From an uncultured Gemmatimonadaceae bacterium (lineage in GTDB: Bacteria > Gemmatimonadota > Gemmatimonadetes > Gemmatimonadales > Gemmatimonadaceae), in contig CAVXGK010000001.1 of NCBI GenBank assembly GCA_963761305.1, positions 1,216,001 through 1,280,000 of the forward strand: 64,000 nt of DNA, in the 5' to 3' direction. Positions 30,303 through 39,859 of this stretch are shown piece by piece (positions within the stretch are counted from its first letter, which is position 1; each line of letters starts with the position of its first letter). The notes beneath the pieces were generated by a model. It did not search any database, had not been told where the DNA came from, and worked only from the letters and a program-made list of their open reading frames with translations. The translations under genes were made by a program, and so were the position numbers.

Positions 30303-32261
30303 TCAATCGCTTCGCGCCCCTGCCGCCCGACGTTCCCGAACCTCCACCGGCACCACGATTCGGTGCCCGATGGGATCGATCCACACCTCGATCTCCATGC
30401 TCCCCGCTCGCGTCGGCACGTACGTGAAGTCCGCGGTCTCTCCGGGGCCCAGGCGCGCGAGCGCCGGTTTAGAGACTCTTAAAGCGACAGGCAGATCGGC
30501 CCCGTCTTGCGCCAGTGGCCTCCAACGCGCCGGCTGCTCCGGCGTCCCGAACCGGAAGCTCAGGATTTCGTCGGCGTGGATGCTCACGATGCGCAACCGG
30601 TTCGTATCCCCGACCGTCATGACGATCGGCGCCGGCTTGAGCCGCCCGTTCACCAGCAGCGTCGACGGCCCGAGCTTGTAGAACTCCGGCAAGCCGCCGC
30701 CGCCCGCGACGATCAGATGATCCCGCGTCGTGTCGCGCGGCGTGTCGCTCACGATGATCGCGCCGTACATCCCCGAGCTGATCTGCCGCATCTCGTGGAG
30801 ATGCGAATGATACGGGAATGTCCCGCTCCTCGGCGGCGTGAACTCGGCGGCGAACGTCCCGCCCGGTGGAATCGGCGGCATGATTTGGTCGCCCATGCCG
30901 CTCCAGTTCGCAACGCCGTCCGGATAGCTCTGGATCTCCAGACCGTGCCAATGCACGCCGCTCGGCTCATCCAGATTGTTTTTTACAAGAATCCTCACCG
31001 GCTCGCCGCGCTTGAGCTCGAGCACCGGCCCCGGAATCGTCAACGAGTCCTTGGCCGGAACCTCGGTCCCGGTCTGCAGCAAGAACCCGTACGCCGTCTG
31101 GAGACCCATCAGGGCGTTGGCATGCTTCTGTATGAGCAGGTTGATGGTGCGTCTGTTTGCCACCGGCCTCTCGGCGAAGGTCGGCGACGGCGTGACGTGT
31201 ATTCCGATCACCAGGCCGCGCATCGTGTGGCCGCCCGGCTTGTCGTGCTCGGGGATCATGTGGTCGCCCGACGACGCGAGCACCACGTTCGGCTCGGGCG
31301 AGCCGTGCAGGCTCACGATCTCGCCAATGTGCCCCGCGAAGTGGCAATGAAAGACCCAGTTGCCCGGTGTCGTCGGCAGGAACGACAACGAAATCGATCC
31401 GCCGATCGGAACGGTCCGCATGTTCTGCAGCGGCTGGAGCGCCGGGGCGACGACGGTGTCCGCGCGCGCGCCGCCGTGGCGTGACACGCGGAAGTAGAAG
31501 CCGTGCAGGTGGAGCGGGTGCTCGATGGCCGCCGCGTTCACGATCCGAAAGTGCACCGAGTCGCCCTGCGCGAACGTGAGCTGCTCGTTGTACGGCCACG
31601 CCTTGCCGTTGAACGTGAGCGCCGACTCGAACGTCTGCGTCTGGTCGACCGGATAGAACCACTCGGTGATCAGCCATACGCGCTCGTTCGCCGACGGCGG
31701 CGGTGCGTTCGCCGCGTCGACGATGAGCGCGCCGGTGAGCTGCGAGTCGAGCCAATTGCGATCGTCGAAGTTCGAGAGGCCCTTGAGAATCGCCCAATAA
31801 AAAAAGTTACCGGCCTTGTCGAGCTTGAACGTCACCTCGCGGGTCGCGCCGGCCGAGAGCTGCACCGTGTCGCGATCAGCCGGCATCGATCGGCGCAGAC
31901 CGCCGAGCACGAGCGCCGAGTCGGTGCGGTTGTGGACGGTGAGATGGACGGTGGTGCCGACGGAAGCCCGCAGCAGCGGCGCGGGCACGGTCGGCGAACC
32001 GCCGGTTTCCTCGAACGCGAGGATGCGTACGACTGGATCGTGCTCCCCCTCGGGCTGGTAGGCCGCCTCGACGACGTCGAGGGCGAGCGTGAGCGTCCCG
32101 TGCGACAGCGTTCCCGCGGGGCGGCGATTGTCGTTGACTCGAGCGATCAACGCGTTCGCGACCGGTCGCGGCAACGGAACGCGCGGCGCTGGGGGAACGA
32201 CCGATTCCTGCGGTGGGAGCACAGCCGACAACAACAACGCGGCGACCACGGTCAAAGCCAT
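30303..32261 (-). CDS. Secreted multicopper oxidase-like protein with four cupredoxin domains
   Basis: Signal peptide; HPLHLHG and HCHFAGH occur before HWHG and YHSH. Confidence 0.85.
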   Translation of the reverse strand: MALTVVAALLLSAVLPPQESVVPPAPRVPLPRPVANALIARVNDNRRPAGTLSHGTLTLALDVVEAAYQPEGEHDPVVRILAFEETGGSPTVPAPLLRASVGTTVHLTVHNRTDSALVLGGLRRSMPADRDTVQLSAGATREVTFKLDKAGNFFYWAILKGLSNFDDRNWLDSQLTGALIVDAANAPPPSANERVWLITEWFYPVDQTQTFESALTFNGKAWPYNEQLTFAQGDSVHFRIVNAAAIEHPLHLHGFYFRVSRHGGARADTVVAPALQPLQNMRTVPIGGSISLSFLPTTPGNWVFHCHFAGHIGEIVSLHGSPEPNVVLASSGDHMIPEHDKPGGHTMRGLVIGIHVTPSPTFAERPVANRRTINLLIQKHANALMGLQTAYGFLLQTGTEVPAKDSLTIPGPVLELKRGEPVRILVKNNLDEPSGVHWHGLEIQSYPDGVANWSGMGDQIMPPIPPGGTFAAEFTPPRSGTFPYHSHLHEMRQISSGMYGAIIVSDTPRDTTRDHLIVAGGGGLPEFYKLGPSTLLVNGRLKPAPIVMTVGDTNRLRIVSIHADEILSFRFGTPEQPARWRPLAQDGADLPVALRVSKPALARLGPGETADFTYVPTRAGSMEIEVWIDPIGHRIVVPVEVRERRAAGARSD

Positions 32262-32401
32262 CGTCGGCTCCGTGTGCGAGTGAGGGGGGGGTGGCTCAAA
32301 CCTCACACTCTTGCTCACGATGTCAACGACGCGTTGTCACGAGGAACGCTTCACATGTCTTCTATATGTCAGTCCCTCGGTGGCACCGATTACTCTACGT
32401 C

Positions 32402-33208
32402 ATGGAATTTGTCGGCCTGACGCTCCTCGGATTGGCTGTGGGCACCTTCGGCACGCTGATCGGTGCCGGCGGTGGGTTCCTGCTCGTGCCAATTCTCTTG
32501 CTGCTGTATCCGAACGACGATCCGGCGACGATCACCTCGATCTCTCTGGCGGTCGTCTTCCTCAACGCCTCGTCGGGCTCGTTTGCCTACCTGCGGCAGC
32601 ACAAGGTGGACGTGCGGTCCGGGCTGTGGTTCGGCGCGACGGCCGTACCCGGCGCCATCCTTGGAGCTTTGGCGGTGTCGCACGTTCCGCGCACGGCGTT
32701 CGAGGTCATTCTTGGCGTGGTATTGATCGCGGCGTCCGTCTTCCTGCTCGTCTCGCAGCGGCCGGTGTCCGGGCATCACGAGGCTGGTGACTATGATTTT
32801 TTCGGGCCGCAGATCAAGCACCACCGGGCCACCGGTCTCGCGCTGGCATTCGTCGTCGGATTCATCTCCAGCCTGCTCGGGATCGGCGGCGGGATCATGC
32901 ACGTGCCGGCACTCGTGCACGTGCTGGACTTCCCGGTGCACGTGGCGACGGCCACGTCACACTTCGTGCTCGCGATGACCGCCGGCGCCGGCACGGCGGC
33001 GCACATCGTGTCGGGCACGTTCGCCGGCACCGTGCTGAGTCGCACAGCGGCGCTGGGCGCAGGCGTGGTGGTGGGCGCGCAGATCGGGGCGTGGTGGGCC
33101 AAGCGCGCCAAGCCGAAGTTCATTCTTCGCGGCCTGGCCGTGGCGCTGCTGTTGGTGGGAGTCCGGATGCTTTATCACGCGATCGTGACGCGGCGGATGT
33201 TCGACTGA
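32402..33208 (+). CDS. Sulfite exporter TauE/SafE family membrane protein
   Basis: Duplicated G(A/I)GGG..VP motifs, ATATS and about 8 TM helices. Confidence 0.92.
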   Translation: MEFVGLTLLGLAVGTFGTLIGAGGGFLLVPILLLLYPNDDPATITSISLAVVFLNASSGSFAYLRQHKVDVRSGLWFGATAVPGAILGALAVSHVPRTAFEVILGVVLIAASVFLLVSQRPVSGHHEAGDYDFFGPQIKHHRATGLALAFVVGFISSLLGIGGGIMHVPALVHVLDFPVHVATATSHFVLAMTAGAGTAAHIVSGTFAGTVLSRTAALGAGVVVGAQIGAWWAKRAKPKFILRGLAVALLLVGVRMLYHAIVTRRMFD

Positions 33209-33213
33209 CCGTG

Positions 33214-34290
33214 CTACTTCACACCGCGACGCGGATTGACGGCGACAGCCAGATTGAGCCGTGTGTCGTGCGTGTCGTAGCTGATCTGCAGGTTGTACCC
33301 GTTCGGCGTCGTCGTGTGATAACTCTTGAATTGCGCGACGTGAATCTCGGCGCCGTCGGATGTGTCGATCGACCAGGGCAGCCCGCGCTTCACCAACTCG
33401 TCCTTCACCTTGTCCGTGTCCCACGGCGAGATGCCGAACGAGATGTGATCGATGCGACCGCCGGCTCGGGCATTCCCTTGACCAAAAGCAGGATCGAGCG
33501 GGTTGCCGCCGCGGATGATGATGTCGCCGACGTCGCCGATCATCAGCTCGTTCTGACTTCCCTCGTCATACGTCGGCCCCCAGCCCAACAGGTTGACGTA
33601 GAACGAAACGCTCGCCTTGTAGTTCGCGGCGCCATATGACAAGTGGTCGAGCCACACGGTCTGCCATCCCGTCGGCTCGAACGGCGCCGGCGTGGAGAGC
33701 GTCGCGTTCGCGGGCGACTCCGCCCGTGCTCTGCTGAACCGCTTTCCGTTGCCGATCTGGAGATCGAAGCCATCGGGGTCCTTCACATGGAAGCTCTCGA
33801 ACCCGTTCGGTCCATTCTCCGCGACGGGGTTGAGACCACGCTTCCTCAGCTCCGCCTCGACCGTCTTGGCGTTCCACGGCTCGATGTCGAAGCCGAACCC
33901 CTCCACGACCGCGCGTACGGGAACGGCGTTGGCGCGCGCACCGGCTCGCGGCGGCGGAAAGGAATCGGCGGACACCTGCCGGAACACGGCGGTCCCCCAG
34001 TCGCCCATGTCCATCACGATGCGAGTGCCGTCGTCGCTCCGAACTTTCCAGCCCACGATCGCGGCGTAGAAGGCCGCTTCCTTCTTCGCGTCCGCGACGC
34101 GAAACGCGATGTGGTCGAGACCCGTCGTGTGCCAGCCTGTCTTGGCGAAGACCGGCGGAATGGAATCGGTGTTGCACGCCGGTGTGCCGTACGCGCGAAT
34201 GCACCGGCCCTGCGCCATGGCGTCGCGCGGTGCGGCAACCATGGCGCCGCTCAGGACGAGAGCGAATGCGATCGGACGGAAGGTGGTCAT
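33214..34290 (-). CDS. Secreted tandem VOC (glyoxalase-like) domain protein
   Basis: Signal peptide; two repeats of LDH..., FY..x.G, and DPDG/TPNG..LQI. Confidence 0.8.
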   Translation of the reverse strand: MTTFRPIAFALVLSGAMVAAPRDAMAQGRCIRAYGTPACNTDSIPPVFAKTGWHTTGLDHIAFRVADAKKEAAFYAAIVGWKVRSDDGTRIVMDMGDWGTAVFRQVSADSFPPPRAGARANAVPVRAVVEGFGFDIEPWNAKTVEAELRKRGLNPVAENGPNGFESFHVKDPDGFDLQIGNGKRFSRARAESPANATLSTPAPFEPTGWQTVWLDHLSYGAANYKASVSFYVNLLGWGPTYDEGSQNELMIGDVGDIIIRGGNPLDPAFGQGNARAGGRIDHISFGISPWDTDKVKDELVKRGLPWSIDTSDGAEIHVAQFKSYHTTTPNGYNLQISYDTHDTRLNLAVAVNPRRGVK

Positions 34291-34550
34291 GAGAGAGTGC
34301 CTCAGTTCACGGCTTGACCTTGGCGGCGGCCTTCAGAGCGTCGAGGGAGTTGGTCATTCGGGCGCCTGCATCGGCGGACGAGGCGGGGCGGGACGGCCCC
34401 GAATGTAGCGTTCGGAGGAGTCGTGCGCTCGTCCCGCCAAGCGTAGCGCCGAGGGGCCCCGGAGAAACGGAGTGGAGAGCCCCGATCCGGCGCATCCGCC
34501 AAAGGGCCGGCGCATATTTGGCTTGTCCTTTCCTCGACGCGGAGTTCTCG

Positions 34551-37358
34551 ATGCGACCTTACTCATACATACTCCGCGCGGTACAAGTGGGAACGCTGAC
34601 CCTGACGCCAGGTGCATCGCGACCGAGCGCAGCGCCCTCGCCGGTGCATGTGGCCGAGCTGCGCATCGAGTATCTGTCGAATCCGCTGGCGATCGACGCG
34701 CGCGCACCTCGCATGAGTTGGGTGCTCCTGGCGCCCGGCGTCCGCGGCGTGACTCAGAGCGCGTACCAGATCGAGGTTGCCAGCACCGCCGCCAATCTCG
34801 CCGCCGACAAGGCCGATCTCTGGAACTCTGGCAAGGTCACGAGCGACAACCAGAACCAGATCGTATTTGCGGGACGGCCACTCACGTCCCGCGAGCAGGT
34901 CTTCTGGAAGGTGCGCATCTGGGATCAGACCGGCGCGCCGTCGGCGTGGAGCGCGCCGGCCACTTGGGCAATGGGACTCCTCGATCGCGGCGAATGGTCG
35001 GCGCAGTGGATCGGTGACGCAACTCCGTCGACGACGAATGTCGCGGTGACCGCTCTGCGCCGGCGCTTCACGCTCGCCGGGCGTCCGTCGCGCGCCATCG
35101 TTTACGCGAGCGCGCTCGGAGTCTACGAGCTGCACATCAACGGCCAACGAGTCGGCGATCACGTTTTGGCGCCAGAGTTCACCGACTATCACATCCGCAC
35201 CCAGTACCAGGCGTACGACGTGACGTCGCTGCTTCATCCCGGCGAGAACGTGATCGCCGCCTGGCTGGGCGATGGCTGGTACGCCGGCGGAATCGGTCTC
35301 GCGCAGGAGCTGGTGAAGCAGCGTCGGAACATCTACGGCAATCATCCGCGCTTTCTGGCGCAGCTCGAGGTCACGTCGCTCGGGCGCACCACGCGCATCG
35401 TGACCGATTCTTTCTGGCGCGTGACGCGCGACGGGCCGATTCGCTCTTCCGACGTCCTCAATGGCGAAGAGTACGACGCTCGCCGAGAGATGCCAGGATG
35501 GGATACGCCGAGGTTTGTCGATACGCGATGGAGCAGCGCGGACGTCGCCGGCAGCGTGGCGACCGAGCTTGTGGCACAGCCCAACGAGCCGGTGCGCGTG
35601 ACGGCGGACATCAAGCCGACCGCCGTCAGCGAACCGAAGCCCGGTGTGTACGTCTTCGACCTGGGGCAGAACATGGTCGGGTGGACACGGATTGCCGTGC
35701 GCGGCGCCGCGGGCAACACAATAACCCTGACTCACGGCGAAATGCTCGACGACGGCGGCATGGTGTACACCGACAACCTTCGCGGGGCGGAACAGACCGA
35801 TCGCTTCACGCTGCGCGGCGCGGGCGCGCCCGAGCGGTTCGAGCCGCACTTTACTTATCACGGTTTCCGCTACGTGCAGGTGAGCGGACTGACCACGAAG
35901 CCCGCACTCACCGACCTCACCGGACGTCAGGTCAACTCGGATCTCAGTTGGGTGGGAGAGTTGGCCACGTCGTCACCACTGCTCAACACGCTCTGGCACA
36001 ACGTGGTCTGGACGCAGCGCGACAACATGATCGGCATCCCCACCGACTGTCCGCAGCGCGACGAGCGGCTCGGCTGGATGGGCGACATCCAGGTCTTCAG
36101 CGGCACGTCGATGTTCAACGCCGACATGGCGGCGTTCTTCACGAAATGGCTGCGCGACGTGCGCGACGCGCAGACACCGGACGGTCGCTTTGCCGACTTC
36201 TCCCCGCAGCCCTTCCGCGAGCGACTCGACTCGATGCGCGCCGATGATTTCACGGGCGTGCCGGGGTGGGGCGACGCCGGCGTCGTGGTCCCTTGGCGGA
36301 TGTGGCAGCAGTACGGCGACGTGCAGGCGATCCGCGACAGCTACGACGCCGCGAAGAAGTGGGTCGACTACATCCATCGCAACAATCCCGACCTCCTCTG
36401 GAAGAATCAGCGCGGCAACGACTACGGCGACTGGCTCAACGCCGACACGGAGAACGACTCGACGATCCCGCGGAAGGGTGGCGAAGTCCCCAGGCCGGTC
36501 TTCGCCACGATGATGTTCGCCTACGCCACCGACATCGTCGCCCGGATGGCAACGGTGCTGAACCGCGACGCGGAAGCGCGGCAGTACGGCGAGCTCTTTC
36601 GAGACATCAAGGCGGCGTTCAATCGCGCCTATGTGTCGGCCGACGGTCACATCGAAGGCAATACGCAGGCCGGCTACGCACTGGCGCTGCACTTCGACCT
36701 TCTCCCCGACTCGTTGCGCACGGCCGCCGTGCGTTACATGGTCGACGGCATCGACGCCTATCACGGTCACATGTCGACCGGATTTCACTCGAGCTATCGG
36801 ATGATGCTCGAGCTCTCACGCGCCGGGCGTTCGGATGTCGCGTACCGGCTCGTCAACACCACGACGTTCCCGAGCTGGGGTTATTCGATCGCCAACGGTG
36901 CCACCACCATCTGGGAGCGATGGGACGGCTACGTGAAAGGGCGCGGCTTCCAGGACAAGGGGATGAACTCGTTCAATCACTACGCCATCGGCGCCGTCGG
37001 TGAATGGATGTACCGCACCATCCTCGGCATCAACAACGACGATGCACATCCGGGGTACGCGGAGTTCGTCATTCATCCGATCCCCGGCGGCGGACTCACC
37101 TGGGCGCGCGGGACGCATCGCACGATCCGCGGAACGATCGCATCCAATTGGCGAGTCGATGGCAACACGTTCACTGAAGAGGTGACGATCCCCGCGAACA
37201 CGTCGGCGACGGTCTATGTCCCGGCCGCGTCTGCAGATCATGTCACCGAGAGTGAAGTGGCGGCTGACCGGGCGCCGGGTGTGCGCTTTCTCCGAATGGA
37301 AGGAGAGGCGGCGCTGTATCGCGTGGGGTCAGGGACGTATCGGTTCGTGGTGAAGTAG
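34551..37358 (+). CDS. Alpha-L-rhamnosidase (GH78)
   Basis: FDLGQNMVG, FTYHGFRY, PTDCPQRDERLGWMGD, GATTIWERW and NSFNHY. Confidence 0.95.
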   Translation: MRPYSYILRAVQVGTLTLTPGASRPSAAPSPVHVAELRIEYLSNPLAIDARAPRMSWVLLAPGVRGVTQSAYQIEVASTAANLAADKADLWNSGKVTSDNQNQIVFAGRPLTSREQVFWKVRIWDQTGAPSAWSAPATWAMGLLDRGEWSAQWIGDATPSTTNVAVTALRRRFTLAGRPSRAIVYASALGVYELHINGQRVGDHVLAPEFTDYHIRTQYQAYDVTSLLHPGENVIAAWLGDGWYAGGIGLAQELVKQRRNIYGNHPRFLAQLEVTSLGRTTRIVTDSFWRVTRDGPIRSSDVLNGEEYDARREMPGWDTPRFVDTRWSSADVAGSVATELVAQPNEPVRVTADIKPTAVSEPKPGVYVFDLGQNMVGWTRIAVRGAAGNTITLTHGEMLDDGGMVYTDNLRGAEQTDRFTLRGAGAPERFEPHFTYHGFRYVQVSGLTTKPALTDLTGRQVNSDLSWVGELATSSPLLNTLWHNVVWTQRDNMIGIPTDCPQRDERLGWMGDIQVFSGTSMFNADMAAFFTKWLRDVRDAQTPDGRFADFSPQPFRERLDSMRADDFTGVPGWGDAGVVVPWRMWQQYGDVQAIRDSYDAAKKWVDYIHRNNPDLLWKNQRGNDYGDWLNADTENDSTIPRKGGEVPRPVFATMMFAYATDIVARMATVLNRDAEARQYGELFRDIKAAFNRAYVSADGHIEGNTQAGYALALHFDLLPDSLRTAAVRYMVDGIDAYHGHMSTGFHSSYRMMLELSRAGRSDVAYRLVNTTTFPSWGYSIANGATTIWERWDGYVKGRGFQDKGMNSFNHYAIGAVGEWMYRTILGINNDDAHPGYAEFVIHPIPGGGLTWARGTHRTIRGTIASNWRVDGNTFTEEVTIPANTSATVYVPAASADHVTESEVAADRAPGVRFLRMEGEAALYRVGSGTYRFVVK

Positions 37359-37390
37359 CGAGGCCCGGAGATTTTGTGAGGCGCTTGCTA

Positions 37391-37999
37391 CTATCGCAGC
37401 CGTTCAGGCACGATGGTCTCGCCGCGGGCCAGCATCGCGACCAACTCGGCGATTTTCTTCTTCCGGCCCGCCGGCGTCTTCATGTTGTTCGTCCGAAACG
37501 CCAGCGCAAAGAGGTTCTGCCGCCCGAGGGTTTTGAATGTTTTCCGCGCGCGTGCGTTGGCTTGGATGGCGGCGCGAAGATCGTCGGGCAGGGTGGACGC
37601 CGTCGCGCTGCGCATCGGTGCGTACGCGGCATCCCATCGCCCATCCGACTTCGCCGCGTCGACGTGTCGCTGGCCATGCGGCGTCATGCGGCCGGTTTCC
37701 GTGAGGCGACTGATGTGGCCGCGGTTGATTTGACTCCAGATGCTCTTCGCTTTGCGCGGCGTGAACCGCTGAAGGAAAGACCGCTCGTCGAATCCCTTTC
37801 GGATACCGTCGATCCAGCCCCAACACAGCGCCACGTCGAGCGCTTCCGCGTAAGTCACCGTCGGGAGCCGGGTATCTTTCTTGTGGATCTTGAGCCAGAT
37901 CTCCGTCTCGCGATCGTGATTCGAGCTCAGCCAGCCTTCGAATGCCGTTGCCGAAGCAAAGGCTTTGATCTTCCTTGGGTTAGGAATGATAGGCGCCAT
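37391..37999 (-). CDS. YdeI/OmpD-associated family protein
   Basis: ALCWGWIDG, FTPRK..SIWS.IN, GRMT..G, DGRW..AY and PDDL. Confidence 0.9.
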   Translation of the reverse strand: MAPIIPNPRKIKAFASATAFEGWLSSNHDRETEIWLKIHKKDTRLPTVTYAEALDVALCWGWIDGIRKGFDERSFLQRFTPRKAKSIWSQINRGHISRLTETGRMTPHGQRHVDAAKSDGRWDAAYAPMRSATASTLPDDLRAAIQANARARKTFKTLGRQNLFALAFRTNNMKTPAGRKKKIAELVAMLARGETIVPERLR

Positions 38000-38128
38000 G
38001 GGATCCTCGCCGGGCGGGTCGCTGGGCTTCGTTGTGCATCGCGGGCGTTATGCCGCGAGATTTCTCCAGTATAACGCTCGTGAGCCAGCCACGGGTGCAC
38101 CGTCGAACCGTACGCGTCGGAGGACTCT

Positions 38129-38293
38129 ATGAAACACAAAGGCGAACGTAACATCCCCGATTTCTCCAAGAAGCCGAAGGTGACGAACCCCGTCACGCCG
38201 GATGGACGCGCGTCGAATGCAAAGCCGCCGGCGCGCGCGCCGCAGGTCAAGCCACAGGCGACGTCATCGAAGTCCGGGCGCCGCGGCACGTAG
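38129..38293 (+). CDS. Small basic Lys/Pro-rich protein (54 aa)
   Basis: GGAGGA RBS, then MKHKGERNIPDFSKKPKVTNPVTPDGRASNAKPPARAPQVKPQATSSKSGRRGT*. It is below the ORF-track cutoff and fills an otherwise empty gap. Confidence 0.6.
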   Translation: MKHKGERNIPDFSKKPKVTNPVTPDGRASNAKPPARAPQVKPQATSSKSGRRGT

Positions 38294-38333
38294 TTCGACA
38301 CGTCGGAGCGAGTGATCGTCTCCCGTCGATCGA

Positions 38334-38909
38334 CTACTTCTTGGCTGTTCGACGCGACCGCAAGACCTCGTAGCGAAGTCCGACCACGCCGTCGACGTAC
38401 TTCTTCGCCGCGATGAGCCTCAGGTCGATGTCGCGGTGCCGCGGCGCGATCAGCGGGATGCCCTTGCCGATGAGCACCGGGATCACGTGAAGTTGGAACT
38501 CGTCGATCTCGCCGGCGTCGAGGAACGAGGCGATGAGTTGGCCGCCGCCCATCATCCAGATGTTCTTTCCTCGTGCAGCGCGCAATCGGCGTGCGACCAC
38601 TTTGGCGGATTCTGACGTGAACTGGACGCCGGGCAGCGCGCGCTTGGGAGGCTTTCGCGTGAAGACGTAGTGCGGCATCCGCGTATCGAAGACGTTTGTC
38701 CCGGGATGCTTCCTGAGGTATCGGACGGCCCAGTCGTAGGTCCCGCGGCCGAGCAGTATGGTATCGACGCTCGCGTTGAATTTCGCGTATCCGTGGTCGA
38801 CGGTGTCCGGGATGCGGTTGAGCCATTCGACGTCGCCGTCGGGGCGCGCGATGAAACCGTCAGCGCTGACGGCGAGATAGGCGATGATCTTTCTTTCTCG
38901 TTTCATCAT
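38334..38909 (-). CDS. Dihydrofolate reductase-like (RibD C-terminal) protein
   Basis: AVSADGFIA, LLGRGTY, IWMMGGG and IPVLIGKGIPL. Confidence 0.9.
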   Translation of the reverse strand: MMKRERKIIAYLAVSADGFIARPDGDVEWLNRIPDTVDHGYAKFNASVDTILLGRGTYDWAVRYLRKHPGTNVFDTRMPHYVFTRKPPKRALPGVQFTSESAKVVARRLRAARGKNIWMMGGGQLIASFLDAGEIDEFQLHVIPVLIGKGIPLIAPRHRDIDLRLIAAKKYVDGVVGLRYEVLRSRRTAKK

Positions 38910-38917
38910 CGATTCGG

Positions 38918-39469
38918 TCAGCGAAACCGCTCGTCGGCGTCGCGCTCCCAGCGCCACACGAGGCCGTCCTCGGGATCGTCGACCGCGCCTCGTAACTCGA
39001 AACCCGCCCTCGTGAGCACCGACGTCGACGCGTTGCGCTCGGGAAGCGTGTGTGCGCGGATGCGTCGCACGCGCTCGTCGCGGCTGGCGTACTCCACCAA
39101 CCCGCCGGCGGCCTCGGTCGCATAGCCGCGTCCACGGTACGCGGGGGCGATCCCGTAGGCGATCTCGACCACGCCGTCGTCGTCGGGCGGGCCCTTGAAG
39201 GACGCCATGCCGAGTGCGATGCCGGTCATTGTCTCGAGGACGACGAATCCGAATTGCCACGGGTCCCGGTCTACGGTGGCGGCACGCAGGCGCTCCAGCC
39301 AGGCAGGCGAGACGTCGTCGGACACCAGCATCGCACGGAGGCCATCGGCCGGTTTGAGATTCGATTCGGCCGCGAACTGCGCGTCGCCTTCGCGGAGCGC
39401 CAGCAGCTCCGCCGGTGCGAACGGACGGAGCATGAGCGTTTCGGTGATTACTCCGATGAATTGAGGCAC
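38918..39469 (-). CDS. GNAT (RimJ/RimL-type) acetyltransferase
   Basis: FKGPP..G.VEIAYG...RGRGYATEA...N.AS..VL.RAGF. GTG start with GGGAG RBS (ORF extends to 39502). Confidence 0.88.
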   Translation of the reverse strand: MPQFIGVITETLMLRPFAPAELLALREGDAQFAAESNLKPADGLRAMLVSDDVSPAWLERLRAATVDRDPWQFGFVVLETMTGIALGMASFKGPPDDDGVVEIAYGIAPAYRGRGYATEAAGGLVEYASRDERVRRIRAHTLPERNASTSVLTRAGFELRGAVDDPEDGLVWRWERDADERFR

Positions 39470-39859
39470 GACGCTGTGCTCCCGAGCGGGACGCAGTAGC
39501 ATTGTAAATGAGCCGGGCTAGCGACTGCGCGCCAGATCCTCCGATGATTGCGGGACGGTGGGGAAAACCGTCCGAAGTGTTGCTCGACCTCGAAGTCGAC
39601 CGAAACGGATCGGTCCGCGGCGTTGCGAATCCGGCGTGACGTAAGGACGCTCGTCAGGTGAACCGCGCATCTCGCGGCGTGCGGCATCGCGACCGGCAAT
39701 GCTCACTCCATGGGGCCCGCTTCTCACGCTGGATGCGTCGTCCGTCCCATTCAGTTGCGGCTTAGCCCGGCCGGACTAGAATCAAAATCCCAAGACCGCG
39801 CTGACGCTCGAACACCACCCAGCCCCGTTCCCCCGCCGCGCGCACTCAGGAGTCCAGGA

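Noticed and set aside
34307..34495. Short minus-strand ORF ending MTNSLDALKAAAKVKP upstream of the VOC gene
   Set aside because: Only the last ~16 codons look protein-like; possibly a 3' remnant, but too little to call.
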